A DNA stretch of 57,183 nt, counting the filler, from Perkinsus olseni (lineage: Eukaryota), in assembly GCA_013115125.1 (NCBI GenBank). It is 7 parts of 7 records of this genome, joined end to end, with 100 filler letters (N's around TTAATTAATTAA, not from the genome) between each part and the next. Parts side by side here need not be neighbours in the genome. Positions count along the whole stretch, not along the records: positions 1 to 8,145 come from JABANN010000982.1; positions 8,246 to 16,367 come from JABANN010000983.1; 5 more parts are not named here. One strand, given 5' to 3'. The notes below the pieces were generated by a model. It ran no database searches. It was not told the DNA's origin and saw nothing but the letters and a program-made list of their open reading frames with translations. The position numbers and the translations under genes were made by a program. Below, piece after piece: positions 1 to 12,693 of this stretch; position 1 is the first letter of the stretch, and every line of letters begins with the position of its first letter.

Positions 1-134
1 CCCATGCCCCTAATAATTTTTTGCCGGGGGGCAAAAAACCAACCCCCACAACCCAAAAACCAAAATTCCCCAAAAAACCCCCCCACACCAAAAATATTTT
101 TGGGGGGGGGGGGCCCCCCCCCCCCCCCCCCCCT

Positions 135-1915
135 ACCAAAATCAACCAGCTTCAATGCCGCTCCCTGAGCATCATCTTGAAACATGAAATTTTCCGGCTT
201 GAGGTCTCGGTGCATGCCGCCTTGCGTGTGAAGGAAATTCGTGGCGCGCGAAATTTGCTCAAGAATGAAGGCGGCCTTCTCTTCAGCTGAAAGTGATGAA
301 AAGATATTCTTGGGTAACGAGAAATCCATGACCGCGCGCCACGAAATTGTCACACTTACAGACAGGACGGTTGCTGATAATGTAGTCGAACAGATCAGGA
401 CCGGTGTAAAACTCCATTACGATGTACATGCGATGAGAATCTTCAAGAAATTGGATATACCTAAAATGGGACAAGATATTCCACCCCTTAGCGGAGCGAA
501 GCACCCTTCGGACACCAATCGTCACTGCGCCACAAAATGGGTATACCAACCCGACCACAAAATGTTCAAAATGACCTCCCCTTCACCGACTACGGACCGT
601 CTCGGGAAAAAAGTCTGGAAAGTTTACGAAGCGTCCATGAATCGAGTAATCGAAGTATTAGCACCATGAGAACTTCTTTTTCCGAAAAAATTTCTCAAAA
701 ATGAAATCTTTACAAAAAAATCATTAATAATTACATCAGAAAGAAATATCCAGTAGTAAACTTTTGTACGAAAAATTTTCCCTTTCTCACAATCCTCCCC
801 TTCCCTAGTACCGAGTAATATTGGGATGCTTCGCAGCCAGAGCAGCGATGAGGAGCTTCGATCCGAATCGAGCTCGGAGGGTGTTGCCGGAGGACTTTTC
901 AATAACCTGCACAGATACGCCAGCCTGCTTCGCTTCGCCGACAATGTTTGATAATTTGATACTAACTTCCACAGCCGGTTGAAATCTCAGTCGCGCGCCA
1001 CGAAATTATCAGGAGAAATACAACCCTCCCATGAAAGTCGGAAAAAAATAGCGGATTTGGAAGCTAGCCCAACCGAATGGATCATCCCAATAAAGTGCGC
1101 CACTACAGCCCACTATAATTACTAGTACAAATATCCTACCGACTTGTATTCGCCCAGGATCAACCTAAGATACTCACCTTCACACACAGTTGTTGCTCCT
1201 GTTTGGTTGGATCAAACTCATAGGCATCACAGGAAGCGTTGTCCGGAGCAGAGCAGGTCCAAAAGCTCTGCAAAAGATGGTATAGCAATGAGCAACCGGA
1301 AAATCAATTTTCGAGCGCTACGATGAACAGCCCATCTGCCGAGCAGCGACTGCACAGTCGTAAAAAACGAGTCACAGATAACAAATCGCCGAAGACGAGC
1401 GAAATGTCCCTCTGGAGAAGAACACTGGTCGAAGATACTCATAAATTTAGGCATCCCCAGCATGACAGCACTAGTACCCTTCACCTCAACCTTCACTCGG
1501 AATTGCCGGCGTCCCCGAAGAAAAGAGGGCATGAGATCCACAACCCAAAAAAAGGACTTGAAAGTCATTCACGTTGCCTTGATTCCAAGCGATGGTCTGT
1601 TCTTTGATCCCAGAGAATTTTATAGCTACAGAGCCAGTCAGGAAGAGCTTATGCAGAGACCAAACTCACTCCACTTTATTCAGACACCCCTTCTCCCATC
1701 ACTACCCCTTGTCGCTTCGGCTGGCCTTGCTCCTGTTGTTGGTCCCCTTGTGGCACTGAGGTCTCCACCCTGCTGCATTTGTAGACGGAGCCGAAGCTGC
1801 CAGTTCCAACTCTATCCCCAATCTCAATATAATCAGATATAGTCTTTCCCGTTGGTATAACAACGAAATAATCATCCCAATGGCGTACGATCTCATCGTA
1901 TCTGGCCATGATCAA
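135..1915 (-). CDS. CDPK/CAMK-family Ser/Thr protein kinase, multi-exon, 3'-truncated at the contig edge; further 5' exons may lie up to about 2600
   Basis: Minus-strand exons give Gly-loop IGDRVGTGSFGSVYKC (about 1790-1840), YIVMEFYTGPDLFDYI (about 370-460), and a hand-translated exon at 135-286: EEKAAFILEQISRATNFLHTQGGMHRDLKPENFMFQDDAQGAALKLVDFG (HRDLKPEN and DFG motifs). Confidence 0.85.
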
Positions 1916-2739
1916 CCGATTCTGTCACTTGCATGCATCAACATAAGATACTAACAGCAGCCTTCAACTATTCTGAATTCCCAATTCCAAAATCACGCCG
2001 TTAACAAGCAAAGTGCCCTGTCCACAATTTTTCACCGACTTTTGCAAGTTCTCATTTTCATCCCGTTACAGTCAGCCCAACGCCCCTGAACCTCCCGGAT
2101 CCTATCATTATAAGGCCTTCCAGCGCACGGTTTATCATTCCAAGAAAATCCGTAGTTATATACTCCACAAATGCTGATAAAACCTTCGAATCTCCGCAAA
2201 CTAGCCAAGCGTAGCAGTGGCCAGCAGCCAGAGATATCACCTCTCATGAGAAGATAAAGCGATAACGACACGTCGCACCACGAAGATTCTTTCAGGGCAG
2301 ATTTTGATCATCATCCCCCCCCTTATCTGTACTGGCTAATACTACCTTGGGTCACCCTTCGGCCTGGTCATACAAAACTGGGCAAAGAAGGATGGGGACC
2401 TTGGAGATTGCTGTTGGAGTTGCTGCTGCCTTTCCTGGCGCTCCTTTAGAGTCTGCCTTCGCATGTCCTCCAGCATAAAGGACGACTTTCCATGCATCTT
2501 AGGTTGCCGATGAAAGTAGGCTCAACTGCTCCAGACAATCCCAGCTAGAACGGTATCCAAACACCCGAGTTCGATCCCTCCACCCAGCATTATTCCAAGT
2601 CTTTCCAACACAACCTGCTGCTGTCGTTGCTCGTAACGGTGGGTATAAAATCCGTGATAAAAGGCGGCACAACTTAGCTGATCTCAAAAGCACTGAAAGA
2701 CAGCTTCTCCGACACCCTAATTCGATTCTCGCAAGTGCG

Positions 2740-3225
2740 CTAATCGTCCTCAACGGGCACTGAGTCGCCGTAAAGGAATTCCCCGGTCATCACAACCTGA
2801 TAAGGGCAGTCCACTGCTGCTGGGCACTCCACTGCTTGCTTACTTCGCGCTTGCCATTGTCCAGAGTTACGATGAGGTAACCATGCTCGTCCATACCGGA
2901 ATGAACACCAGTGATTATTTTACCATCACCAACACTTACTCGTACCTTTTCCCCAACCATCACCTGAAGACAACAGCGATCTCGGTGCAGATGAGTATGG
3001 TCACGCCATCATGACTACTACTAGAAAAAACGAAAAAAACGAAAAAATGGGGAAATTGAAAAAAGAAGAAAAGGTAAATAAGCAGGAAAAAAGAGAAAAA
3101 TGAGAAAAAAATGAAAATGAGTGGAAAAAGAGGAGAGAACAGAAAGAAATAAGAGGGGCGTGCGAATTTGGGAGACTCCCACGGCGGTCGCGGACCGAGA
3201 AGTAACCAGGCCGCACAACGCCGAG

Positions 3226-3270
<45 letters not shown>

Positions 3271-5311
3271 CTGTCGGCCGATGACCTGCATGCTGACGGC
3301 AGGCGGTACATAGCATCCATTAGGAGCACACATCCACTGCTTAGCGTTGATGAGAAATTGATCGAGAATGGCGTTACGTAGGGCTGCTACGGTAAGCTCG
3401 GTCTTCCACTCGACCCCTTCACAGGATTTCTGACAACCGGAAAAATAGCCCGGCCAGCCCTTCCCACTGTGCGTAGTACCAGATTTCCCGCCGGCCACCT
3501 TGCTCTCTTGAGATCACCTAAGACTTGGTCACCGACGTCTACGTTGACACCAACGCCAATCACCACCGGCATCTTGCCGTTCTTCGACCCTAAAAACAAT
3601 CACCTCCGCGGACGTAGGTCGTCATTTCCATTACCAGCGACAACCTCGGCAAGGATTCCTCCGACCTTCTTCCCTTGGATGATGATATCGTTGGGCCACT
3701 TGAGCTGAGTCTTGCTGGCCGACTTGCGGCTGCTAAAAGCGGGCAAGACAACTCAGAATAAACGCCCTGAACGTCCTCATTGCTTCGCACGACAAGTATG
3801 AACATGAGTGCATAGCCAGCTGGCCTAAACCGTTCTTTCACAAAAGCAAAAAAAATTTCCCGCCCCACGGAATAACGGAATCACGGAGCTTCCCTTGTGT
3901 TCTGCTGCTTACCTCATGAAACTGTCAATCGCATTAGCGACTGAAACGGCCATGACCTGCGTCAAGCCGGGTACTCGCCGCACTTGAGATTCCTTCACGA
4001 AGAGCAGAATGCTTTGCATGGCGCATCCTGAAGGATGAAGCGCATAGCTGGGAAAACGTTTTTTGACGATGTGACCGATACTATCGAGCCTCTAATGGAC
4101 TCCGGACCTCGATTCAATCATGCCAGCTTCAATGCAAGACGCTAACTTAGCATTGCTGAGCGTTTCATTGAAGAATAGAAACTTTGATTGTTTTGTGTCG
4201 GGAAGCAGTAAAACTCGAGACTAGTCGCACAACTTCAAGGCACGCCACGTGCCGCCAAGTCGCGGGGCCGTGAGATTCACGACGTGTAACCGGTTCCTTC
4301 CAGGAAGGCCCTCCCCGAAAAGCCGGTAAGGTCAGGCGTAGTAGACGACGCGTACTAACGCGAAAAACAAGATGTAGATCAACGCGCAAGTTGCTTGAGA
4401 GCGTCGAGGCGTATCACAGCGTCTATGCTGTCGACATCGAGCAGCTGGATAACATTCTCGTTCTTGGAGAAGACGATACCATAAACACCAAACAAACCAT
4501 ACACCAACGAGGATTGTCGCCCTGGCCGATGTATCTCACCCCCGATCCCAGTACACGGGTAAACATGGGCAAGCATGCCTGAGTGACCCAAGTCCAGCCC
4601 TTCTGCCTGAACCCCTCGAAGCCTCGCTCATTCACACACCAGAAGTACTCGATGTCAAAGGCTTCCTTGGCTGTCACAAGCTCCCATTGCAGCTTCTCCA
4701 CACAGTCAGTCGAGCCCACATCGGTATGCAGCCAGGAAAGCTTCTGTGCTCGAATCAGCTACTTCTCAGCGACTCAGCGCACGACGTGTCGATGGTTGGC
4801 ATATGTGTGGCACACGTAGTGTGCTGTGGAACAAGCTGTGCGGGCGGTATATTTTCACAACATTCCTTTCTTCCACGTGTGCCGTTAAAACTCCCAACAG
4901 TGGGGAGTTCAGGTGACTAATGCTATGATCACCGCTGAGCCACGATGACTGTAGGAGGAACCGGTCATCATCATTCTCTCCACTACATCCGTCAACGGGC
5001 TGCATTTCCAACAACACGGCACTATGCAGGCACCTAAGATCCTACCAACTGGTGACTCCCAATGATGATTTCCTCTTCCTTTCCCAGTAGTCTGGACGTC
5101 CGCCGATACACAGTACATGTCCTCAACATTGATAGAATCTGATAGACTCTGATGTCAGGCCAAAGCGATCCCCAACCCCGGCCTGACCAGCGTTCTTGAG
5201 CATGTCCTTAACAACCAGCTGCGTAGAAGTGACTTCCTTGTGGTGCTCTCTGTGGACACTCCCCGGCCATGACGATGATGACGACGATGTGACAGGCCCG
5301 TTGGAAGCCAT
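2740..5311 (-). CDS. Biotin--protein ligase (BPL/holocarboxylase synthetase) paralogue A, multi-exon
   Basis: Exons encode EVTSTQ, ADVQTTGKGRGNHHWESP, CAMQSILLFV, LKWPNDIIIQGKKVGGILAE, VVIGVGVNVD and C-terminal SH3-like ITGVHSGMDEHGYLIV..GEFLYGD, with GT-AG junctions. These are BPL catalytic motifs. Confidence 0.88.
3228..3270. repeat. (TAC)n microsatellite at the 5' end of a BPL-A intron
   Basis: About 14 TAC units; on the minus strand it begins at the donor CAG|GTAGTAGTA. Confidence 0.95.
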
Positions 5312-5570
5312 GGGCAGGTGATCGATTCAAGCTCCCTAAAAGACCCGAAACCGCCATCTCCCTCTCAGTAGTGCGTGGCCAAGACACAACCTTAAGCACT
5401 GTCGCCCGGAGTGGGAGAACGCCGAACCCAACAAGGGCGATACCACTCCCCCACCAAAACACTACTCACTCCACCTCCGTGAAACATCGGTCGAATAGAC
5501 ACTACATGATGGCGCAAGAAACGGTACATTGCACAGGTAGACAATTAAAGCAATAGTAACCTCATAAAGC

Positions 5571-6992
5571 TCAAAGACATAAATTCATTCGAGTGTCTCC
5601 CGTTGGCTGGTCATCTCCGTATAAAAACTCGCCTCGCGCCAAAACCTGCGCCAAGAAAGCTAGATCTTCCGGCCACATCCACTATCGCATCGCAGTTCCA
5701 CTGCGACGAGTTCGCAGTCTAAATTCTCAGCTCTTTAACGCCTACCTCGCGCTTTCCTTCAGCCAGAGTCACGATGAGGTATCCATGCTCATCTACACCA
5801 GAGTGAACCCCACTCATTATCCTACCATCACCGTCGCGAACCCGTATCTTTTCCCCCACCATCACCTAGGACCGACCTTCCGAGTCGAGCACAGTGCAAT
5901 GCTCACCTGCCGGCTAGTGAGCTTCTGTAGCACGACTGGAGGTATATAACAGCTTTCGAGGTCCTCCCGCCATAATCTAGCATTGATGACGAACTGCTCC
6001 AAGATAGCTTCCCTCAAGTTGGGAACAGTCAAGTCGGCTCGCCAATCACAACCTTCACACGATCTCTGAAGGCATCGGTGTCTCGGCACAATCCCACGAA
6101 AGCGCCTGACGTTAGTCCCGTGCGGTGGCCGCCGAGTGTAGTTCCGGTCCCCCGTCGAGAACGAAAAAAAGCAATGATACCAAGCTCGTAGCAGGCCATC
6201 GAACTCTCTTGAGCTGCTCCAGTATTTCCTGCCCGACATCCACATTCACGCCGACACCCACCACGACTGCTACCTTCCCTTCCTTCGACCCAGCATCTGG
6301 AGGAAAGTGAATCTTGCGCTTCCCTTGCCGTTCTATGGACAAACTCGGGCTTCCAAGATCTCCCGCTATCACCAGTAATTGTTTCGGCTCTAAGGATTCC
6401 TCCGACCTTCATGCCGTTCATGATAATATCATTCGGCCATTTCAACTGCGTGTTGCGACAGGATCCTCGCCTGTGAAACGCCATGATCAACCTCGGATTC
6501 TTCGCCCAGCCCTGCCCCCCACCCCATAAAACCGTCTATAACCTCCGCCACCGATACGGCCATCACCTCCGACAGCCCCAAGCATCGCTCCGCTTGCGAC
6601 TCTTCAACGAAAATCAGTATGCTCTGCATGGCGCAACCTGAGATTCGCCTAAATGCTTCGGTCAAGCCCGGACTTGGAACCTCCACAAACGCAGAGATTC
6701 CACCAAGGTGATGATGATAATTCAGTTGTTATCTCGTGGAGATCTGACCCACCTCGCGAAGATATCCATCGCCGATTCCCCCGACCTTTTCCTTCCGTTT
6801 GAGTATCCGCCGATACACAGTAGACATCATCCACAGACAAGGAACCTACGCGTGGATGGTGACCGGCAGACGGCCATTGCTAGCCGACAAACCGAGATCT
6901 CTCAGCATATCTTTCACTATCGTTTGTGTCGAAGTGACCTCCTCGTAATGCTGCTTACGAACCTTCCACGGCCAAGACGCCGATGCTTCCAT
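5571..6992 (-). CDS. Biotin--protein ligase paralogue B, multi-exon
   Basis: MEASASWPWKVRKQHYEEVTSTQ, ADTQTEGKGRGNRRWIS, CAMQSILIFV, LKWPNDIIMNGMKVGGIL, VVVGVGVNVD, SGVHSGVDEHGYLIV, GEFLYGD; same exon order as paralogue A. Confidence 0.88.
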
Positions 6993-7166
6993 GGGGCTGC
7001 GAACCAGAACGACAGAAGAAGGGCGAAAACACGCTAGAAAATCCTCAGCACAACGCCTGAATGGGCGAGTGAAACAATCTGGGAACTTGACTGTCGGCTT
7101 TTATGCTAAGATACTGTTGATCGTCGAATTATCCCGGAAAATAGACCATACCACATCTTCCCCAAC

Positions 7167-7553
7167 TCACAATACGGTATAGGTGGTAGTGGTCGTAGTG
7201 GTGACGTACCTCGTCTCCCTCGTCCGCTGGGAGACCAGGCAGTTGACGCAGCACGCTATGCAAGCTAGCTCGAGGAGTTCCCCTGGCAGGCAGGTCGTAA
7301 TGAGCTCGTAGAGACAGATGCACTCGAGCAGCTCGCAGCAGTAGCTGGCGATGCAGCAACCGAAAATGATCAAACACACAGTGGCTGTAACGATACCAAT
7401 AATCGCGAAGATCGTAGTAGTGCTACTGTCCTGCAGGAGGTAGTGGTCCCCGGCCACGACCGAGGACAGGGCCTCCTCCCGAGGAGCTAGGAAGGTCTGG
7501 GAGACACAACTGGCGGCTAAACTGAGGGCGCTAGCTAGGAGCCGCAGTCGCAT
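7167..7553 (-). CDS. Small predicted membrane protein: signal peptide, TM helix, Cys-rich tail, poly-Thr end
   Basis: ATG at 7553 gives MRLRLLASALSLAASCVSQ; hydrophobic IFAIIGIVTATVCLIIFG followed by CCIASYCCELLECICLYEL..CIACCVNC. Confidence 0.6.
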   Translation of the reverse strand: MRLRLLASALSLAASCVSQTFLAPREEALSSVVAGDHYLLQDSSTTTIFAIIGIVTATVCLIIFGCCIASYCCELLECICLYELITTCLPGELLELACIACCVNCLVSQRTRETRYVTTTTTTTYTVL

Positions 7554-8145
7554 TAGAAAAACTGAAAAGGTCGAGCGGAGGTGTGACCATCCAGCTGCGC
7601 GAATCCACTGTAAGATGGTGAGGCTACAACCGTAAACGAACCCCGTTGGTCCAGCACCCTCACGGTTCACCTCACTCGGCACCGTCTGTGAGGGGTGTTT
7701 ACCTCATCCAAGCTTCCATCACAAACATCTACTACTTCGTTACCGGGTCAATCTCATGAGTGGGAGTGCAATTGTACACGTCTAGCATGGCGGATCATAG
7801 AGATCACAAGTGAAGCGCTTGTGAATGGCCTTAACCGGACGAGAGCGCCCACAAACAGCACAGGCCTATCAGTTTTTTTGAGTGAAAACGGTATTATACA
7901 AGTCTGACATGGTAGATTATACGGATCGCAAGTGACGAACGTTTATCAATGGCCTTAACCAGCCAAACAGACAGACAAACGCCCGCAGGCACAAGCCAAT
8001 CAATAGTAAGTAGTAATCAGGCCTATCAGTTGTACGCAGAAGGTTCCGGCTTGAGACCTGTCATCATCCTCCACTGCGTCGAATACTATGTGTGGTAAAG
8101 TGCGCACACGAAGTGTTGGGGTTCTAGTGGATGTAAATCACACAC

Positions 8146-8245
8146 NNNNNNNNNNNNNNNNNNNNNNNNNNNNNNNNNNNNNNNNNNNNTTAATTAATTA
8201 ANNNNNNNNNNNNNNNNNNNNNNNNNNNNNNNNNNNNNNNNNNNN

Positions 8246-8246
<1 letters not shown>
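8146..8246. other. Artificial contig linker (N-run / TTAATTAATTAA / N-run)
   Basis: The same linker (stops in all six frames) recurs at 16368-16467, 24575-24673, 32754-32853, 40920-41019 and 49059-49158; the contigs between them decrease in length. Confidence 0.98.
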
Positions 8247-8309
<63 letters not shown>

Positions 8310-8318
8310 CAACAACAA
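8247..8318. repeat. (AAC)n microsatellite at contig end
   Basis: More than 20 AAC units abutting the N-run. Confidence 0.95.
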
Positions 8319-8419
8319 AGTACATCATCATCATCATCCAGTGGTACTCACCAGCATCATCATCTTAGACGGCATCCTCATCCCTTCTAGACGTAGTCCG
8401 ACAAAAACAACAACATAGT

Positions 8420-9814
8420 ATCACACCATCACTCAGCCAAACGATGCTTCAGCCACTGCATGCTCACCAAAATGAGATGGATAAGGCCTTTCAGGACGAC
8501 ATAAGGTCATACTTCCACCACCACCATCTCCTGATTGTATTGGATATTAGTCGTCTACCCATTGCTCAACTGTGCTCTGTCACCGAGGAGAATGATTTAC
8601 TCAAAATACTCCGACCTAGGTAGTATCTCCGACCCAACTCATGATTGCCATCAGATGCCAATCATCATCATCATCCAGATACTCCGTAATAGTTGATCTG
8701 TGGGCGCTACTGCTCGGAAGATCATCAAATAAGCAAATCGTGAAGCCCACGGATGTGCTCACCTTGTTGCTGCTGGATGAACCTCAGATGATGAGCGGCA
8801 CCAACGGTACTATGAACCTTACACGTAACTCTATTGTAACGCATCTTTCCAGATTTCACTGGTATAGACTCCGCAGTTATTGCACAATGCTTGGACCAGG
8901 TGATGAGTAGTAGTAATGATGTTAATGATTACCTTTCAAGCCACACACCAGGTAGTGAGGAGGTATGACACTTTACCCAGAGGGAAGGGTAGTAGTCGAC
9001 CTATGCTCATCATGTACAATAGGTGAGGACAGGAATGGGGTGAGGAGTCGGGTTGAAGGGAAGAATGAGATGATGGAGTATAATGTTATGACCATGAGGT
9101 ACATGTTATGATCTCAATAAACCTGAAGGCCGTGGTGGCAGGCACACCTCCAGCAGCAGCAGCAGTAGTACAACAACTTCCTTCACACGTACCAAACTCA
9201 TCGAATCGATTATTCGCTTGGCGATAGTCATCGGCAAAACCGAAGAGCTATCTGTTGATAAATCCTTCGCAAGGTGTGTAGTACTTCGCATGGTGTAGAT
9301 GGATGTCTGTAAAGGTTCGTGGACTACTACATAGAGCCCAAGGTCCTGTATGCCACCGGCCTAACCCCCTTCCCTCGAAGACTTGTTCAATCTGATGAAA
9401 TTGAGAAGGTTCGGTCCAGAAGGCTCATCATTCGTACTACTACTACTACCATTCTTACTGTCACAGGTTTGTATTGATTACCTGCAACTAATCAGAAGAC
9501 TTCATACTCGCTACGGCGGCTGCCCTGAACAGTTCGTTGCCTTACCACAACTGCTACGTCTGATAGGCAAGAACTTCACTTCGAAGGATGCGAGGTCTAT
9601 CTTCATACTTTCCAAAGGCCCTGCCGTGGACAACGTGAGCAGTAGCTACCTCTCTATTATCGACAGTCACTTCCAATCAGAGCCGCCAATCCTTAACATA
9701 CGGACAGTTCATCGAAGCCCTTTGCCGACTAGCGGTAGTGTTGCGGAATCAACGATCCTCATCAGCAGCAGCAGTGAAGAGAGATACCAAACACACATAT
9801 GCGACAGCCGATGA
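8420..9814 (+). CDS. Hypothetical multi-exon protein, partial; boundaries uncertain
   Basis: Protein-like segments separated by GT..AG-like gaps, e.g. MDKAFQDDIRSYF, KLIESIIRLAIVIG, FVDYYIEPKVL, VCIDYLQLIRRLHTRYGG. No family recognised. Confidence 0.4.
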
Positions 9815-10197
9815 GGTGAGCAATTCACAGTAGGGGAATACTATTAACAAGGCTGCAACAGACGGATGATAGACTATCAACTCTCGCAGGTACGAACTGT
9901 TGATGATAAGATAAAACGAGCTACTGGTAGGTTGATAAAGATGATGACACATGAGAAGTGTGGTGAACTGGGTAAGGTCTGATTCAGTATTTTCTCATGA
10001 TTATGAGGATTTATCGCAGGGGGGGATGTCATCAGTAGCGTCTCGTTAAGCAAAAGCCTTCGTTATCTCATGCATGTTACCACATCAAAAATGGGTTAGA
10101 GATGAGTATATCGGAAGTTGTGTTCATTGAGTACTGTTGATACAACACGATGTATTATTAACAAAGAAAAACTCTGTTGTTCACTCTCTGCATTCCA

Positions 10198-11448
10198 TCA
10201 AGCAGAGGCGACTTGAGATAAGTTGGAGAAAGTTAGTCTCATGGCGTCGATATAGCCAACCTCATTATATTCCAGTTGATGCTCAGCAAAGAACTCACGC
10301 ACTCTCTTACTCACATAACCAGGGAACCTGAACTGTGGGCAAGCCGGAAATAGATGATGTTCTACTTGATAGTTGAGATAACTCATGAGCCATGTGACCA
10401 ATACATTACCAGTTGACACGTTCATCGTATGCTTAGAAGCATAATCTAACCAACTAACAACAGGAGTAGAAGCATTGGCAGTAGCATGACCTTGAATGAT
10501 AACCGGCAGATGTGTATGAGACACGGCAAAATGAATGAAGATGTACATACCACCAATATGGACGCTCATGATATAGCCCAAGACGACGGGTAGAGGCCCA
10601 TAGATCATAGCCAAGTATACAATTATTGAATATCTTATACTTATCCATACCGACTCCATCAATCGCCCTGTCCTTAAGATATGTCGTGGATGGAGATAGA
10701 ACTGCCAAAAGAATGATACCAGTAGAGTGGATACCGGGGCGAATAGGACTGATTGATATCTAAGCCATGTTGATGGCTGACGTCCACGTAAAACTGCCCT
10801 ATTGAAAGCTACTAGTGGTAGAGTCTCTAGATCAACATCTTTACCTAAATGTTGTGGGGCCGCATGATGCTTGTTATGTGCATTACGCCACCAAGCTGCA
10901 GACATACCACAACCAACACCGAAAAAGAACTCTTGTATGAATCTATCAATCTTCCAATGGCCAGTAAGTGAATGATGACCTCCTTCATGCATCAACCACC
11001 CAGCACGTCCTTGAGCTACTCCCAAGATAGCACAACCGATAAACACGTAATTAGTGCAGAGGGCGAGATAGAATCCCAATGCATACCACATTAAGGCCTC
11101 CAAACAACGATAGAGTACATGAACAATACTTGGCTCAAAGATACCCTTCTTGATGAGATCTTCTCTAAGTGACTTGAAATCCCTGAGTGCAGCTGCTGCC
11201 TGTTTATTAGGAACCATCATTGAAGACTCGTCATTCTTAGCGTCATATTCGCGCGATGGCAGAGAATTGAGAATCTTCTGTGCTCTGCTACTGCGAGCAT
11301 GAAACTCCCGAAACGCTTCAGTAGCATCGGTGCCAACTTGAAATAGGATAATCCTTCCACCTGGATGACGATCTACGAACTTCGATACATCATAGACACG
11401 ACCATCGATGAGCAGTTCCTGAACGGCAGTTGACGACGCTGATGACAT
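10198..11448 (-). CDS. Cytochrome b5-fusion front-end fatty acid desaturase, probably delta-5
   Basis: 416-aa intronless ORF with HPGG and His boxes HEGGHH, HNKHH, QVEHH. Regiospecificity inferred from its position in the cluster known from P. marinus. Confidence 0.92.
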   Translation of the reverse strand: MSSASSTAVQELLIDGRVYDVSKFVDRHPGGRIILFQVGTDATEAFREFHARSSRAQKILNSLPSREYDAKNDESSMMVPNKQAAAALRDFKSLREDLIKKGIFEPSIVHVLYRCLEALMWYALGFYLALCTNYVFIGCAILGVAQGRAGWLMHEGGHHSLTGHWKIDRFIQEFFFGVGCGMSAAWWRNAHNKHHAAPQHLGKDVDLETLPLVAFNRAVLRGRQPSTWLRYQSVLFAPVSTLLVSFFWQFYLHPRHILRTGRLMESVWISIRYSIIVYLAMIYGPLPVVLGYIMSVHIGGMYIFIHFAVSHTHLPVIIQGHATANASTPVVSWLDYASKHTMNVSTGNVLVTWLMSYLNYQVEHHLFPACPQFRFPGYVSKRVREFFAEHQLEYNEVGYIDAMRLTFSNLSQVASA

Positions 11449-11596
11449 GATAGGATGATAACGAAGGAAGGGAAGAGGCCTGAAGATAGCTACAAAGGAC
11501 GATAATCTACTATTGAAGAGACTGATAATACAATGATTATTAGTCGAAAAATGAGTATTATCAGCTTCTGAAAGATGTTTACAAGGTGATAGATCC

Positions 11597-12693
11597 TCAA
11601 CGCTGCTTCATGACTCCCTTGAACCTATTCTTCATGTTACGAAGTGCGTTGAACTCTAGCGTAGATACAGCACCCACTGTGCATTGGATGATGTTAGTCT
11701 CCTTGTACGGCAAACCCAGCTCCTTAGCCAACTCTTTTACTAATGGAGTGGTATTAGGTAGATTATGACGAGGCATTGTAGGGAAGAGATGATGCTCGAT
11801 TTGCATATTTAGCCCCCCAGTAAGATAGAACCATAGCTTACTCTCCCAGTAGGTGCCAGTAAATGATCCAATATTGATAGTAGTTAATAGGGTTTGACGG
11901 ATGAGAGAGAGTGATTCATGAGCTGGTATCCTTGGTTCATTATAGTGGCTCGCAAACACTACGATGGCAGTGAGGAATCCACTCAGCATATAAGAGAGAA
12001 TGATGGGCAGCCAATGTCCAGTTGAGTAGACAATATAGCCCATACCAAGGACATGAAGTATCATAGCCAAGGAATCCCTTCTAGCATGATGACGAGTATG
12101 CTTGTTGACAGATCTACTCTGTCTTATACATACTTCTATCGATTCATACGACCAATAGATATGTAATAGAGTCAATGCTGGTATATAGTATAGTGCTTGA
12201 TATCTTGTTATAGTGCCGATTCTGTAATCCTCAAAGAAATGGAATAGTGGTTGTGTGAGTATATCAGGATCATGTTCATATTGATTAGTTAATACATGAT
12301 GAGTATTATGACGAAGCTTCCACCATAATAGAGTATTCCCTCTAGCAACACCTGTGAACCATCCCAAATAATCATCAATCTTAGCCCATTTAGTGTTGGA
12401 TACATGAAGTGCAGTATGATGCGACCAATCATGTCCTAACCAACCAAGTTGATACCATCCAAAACCGATTAATAATACCGATGACCATAGACCTTTATGG
12501 CCATCATAAGCTGGCCATAGCATCAATAAACCAAGTCCAATAAGCAGCATGCCGAATGAGATCACAGCCTTGAGGATCTCATATGCAAAATTGGCTTTAT
12601 ACCATCCCTGAGCCTTGGCATCGGACTGCAGTCTATGATACATAAGCTGCTCCTTAGATAGTCTACGTTCAAGTTCATCTGCACTCGACCTGT

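Noticed and set aside
1-134. Homopolymer-rich G/C/A runs and ORF 21-290
   Set aside because: Looks like low-quality read-end sequence; the real gene here is the minus-strand kinase.
2960-3381. ORFs with poly-Ser/Val/Tyr and Phe-rich stretches
   Set aside because: Translations of an intronic (TAC)n repeat and A-rich low-complexity sequence.
8190-8201. Recurring TTAATTAATTAA palindrome at about 8-kb spacing
   Set aside because: Always embedded in N-runs; an artificial concatenation linker, not biology.
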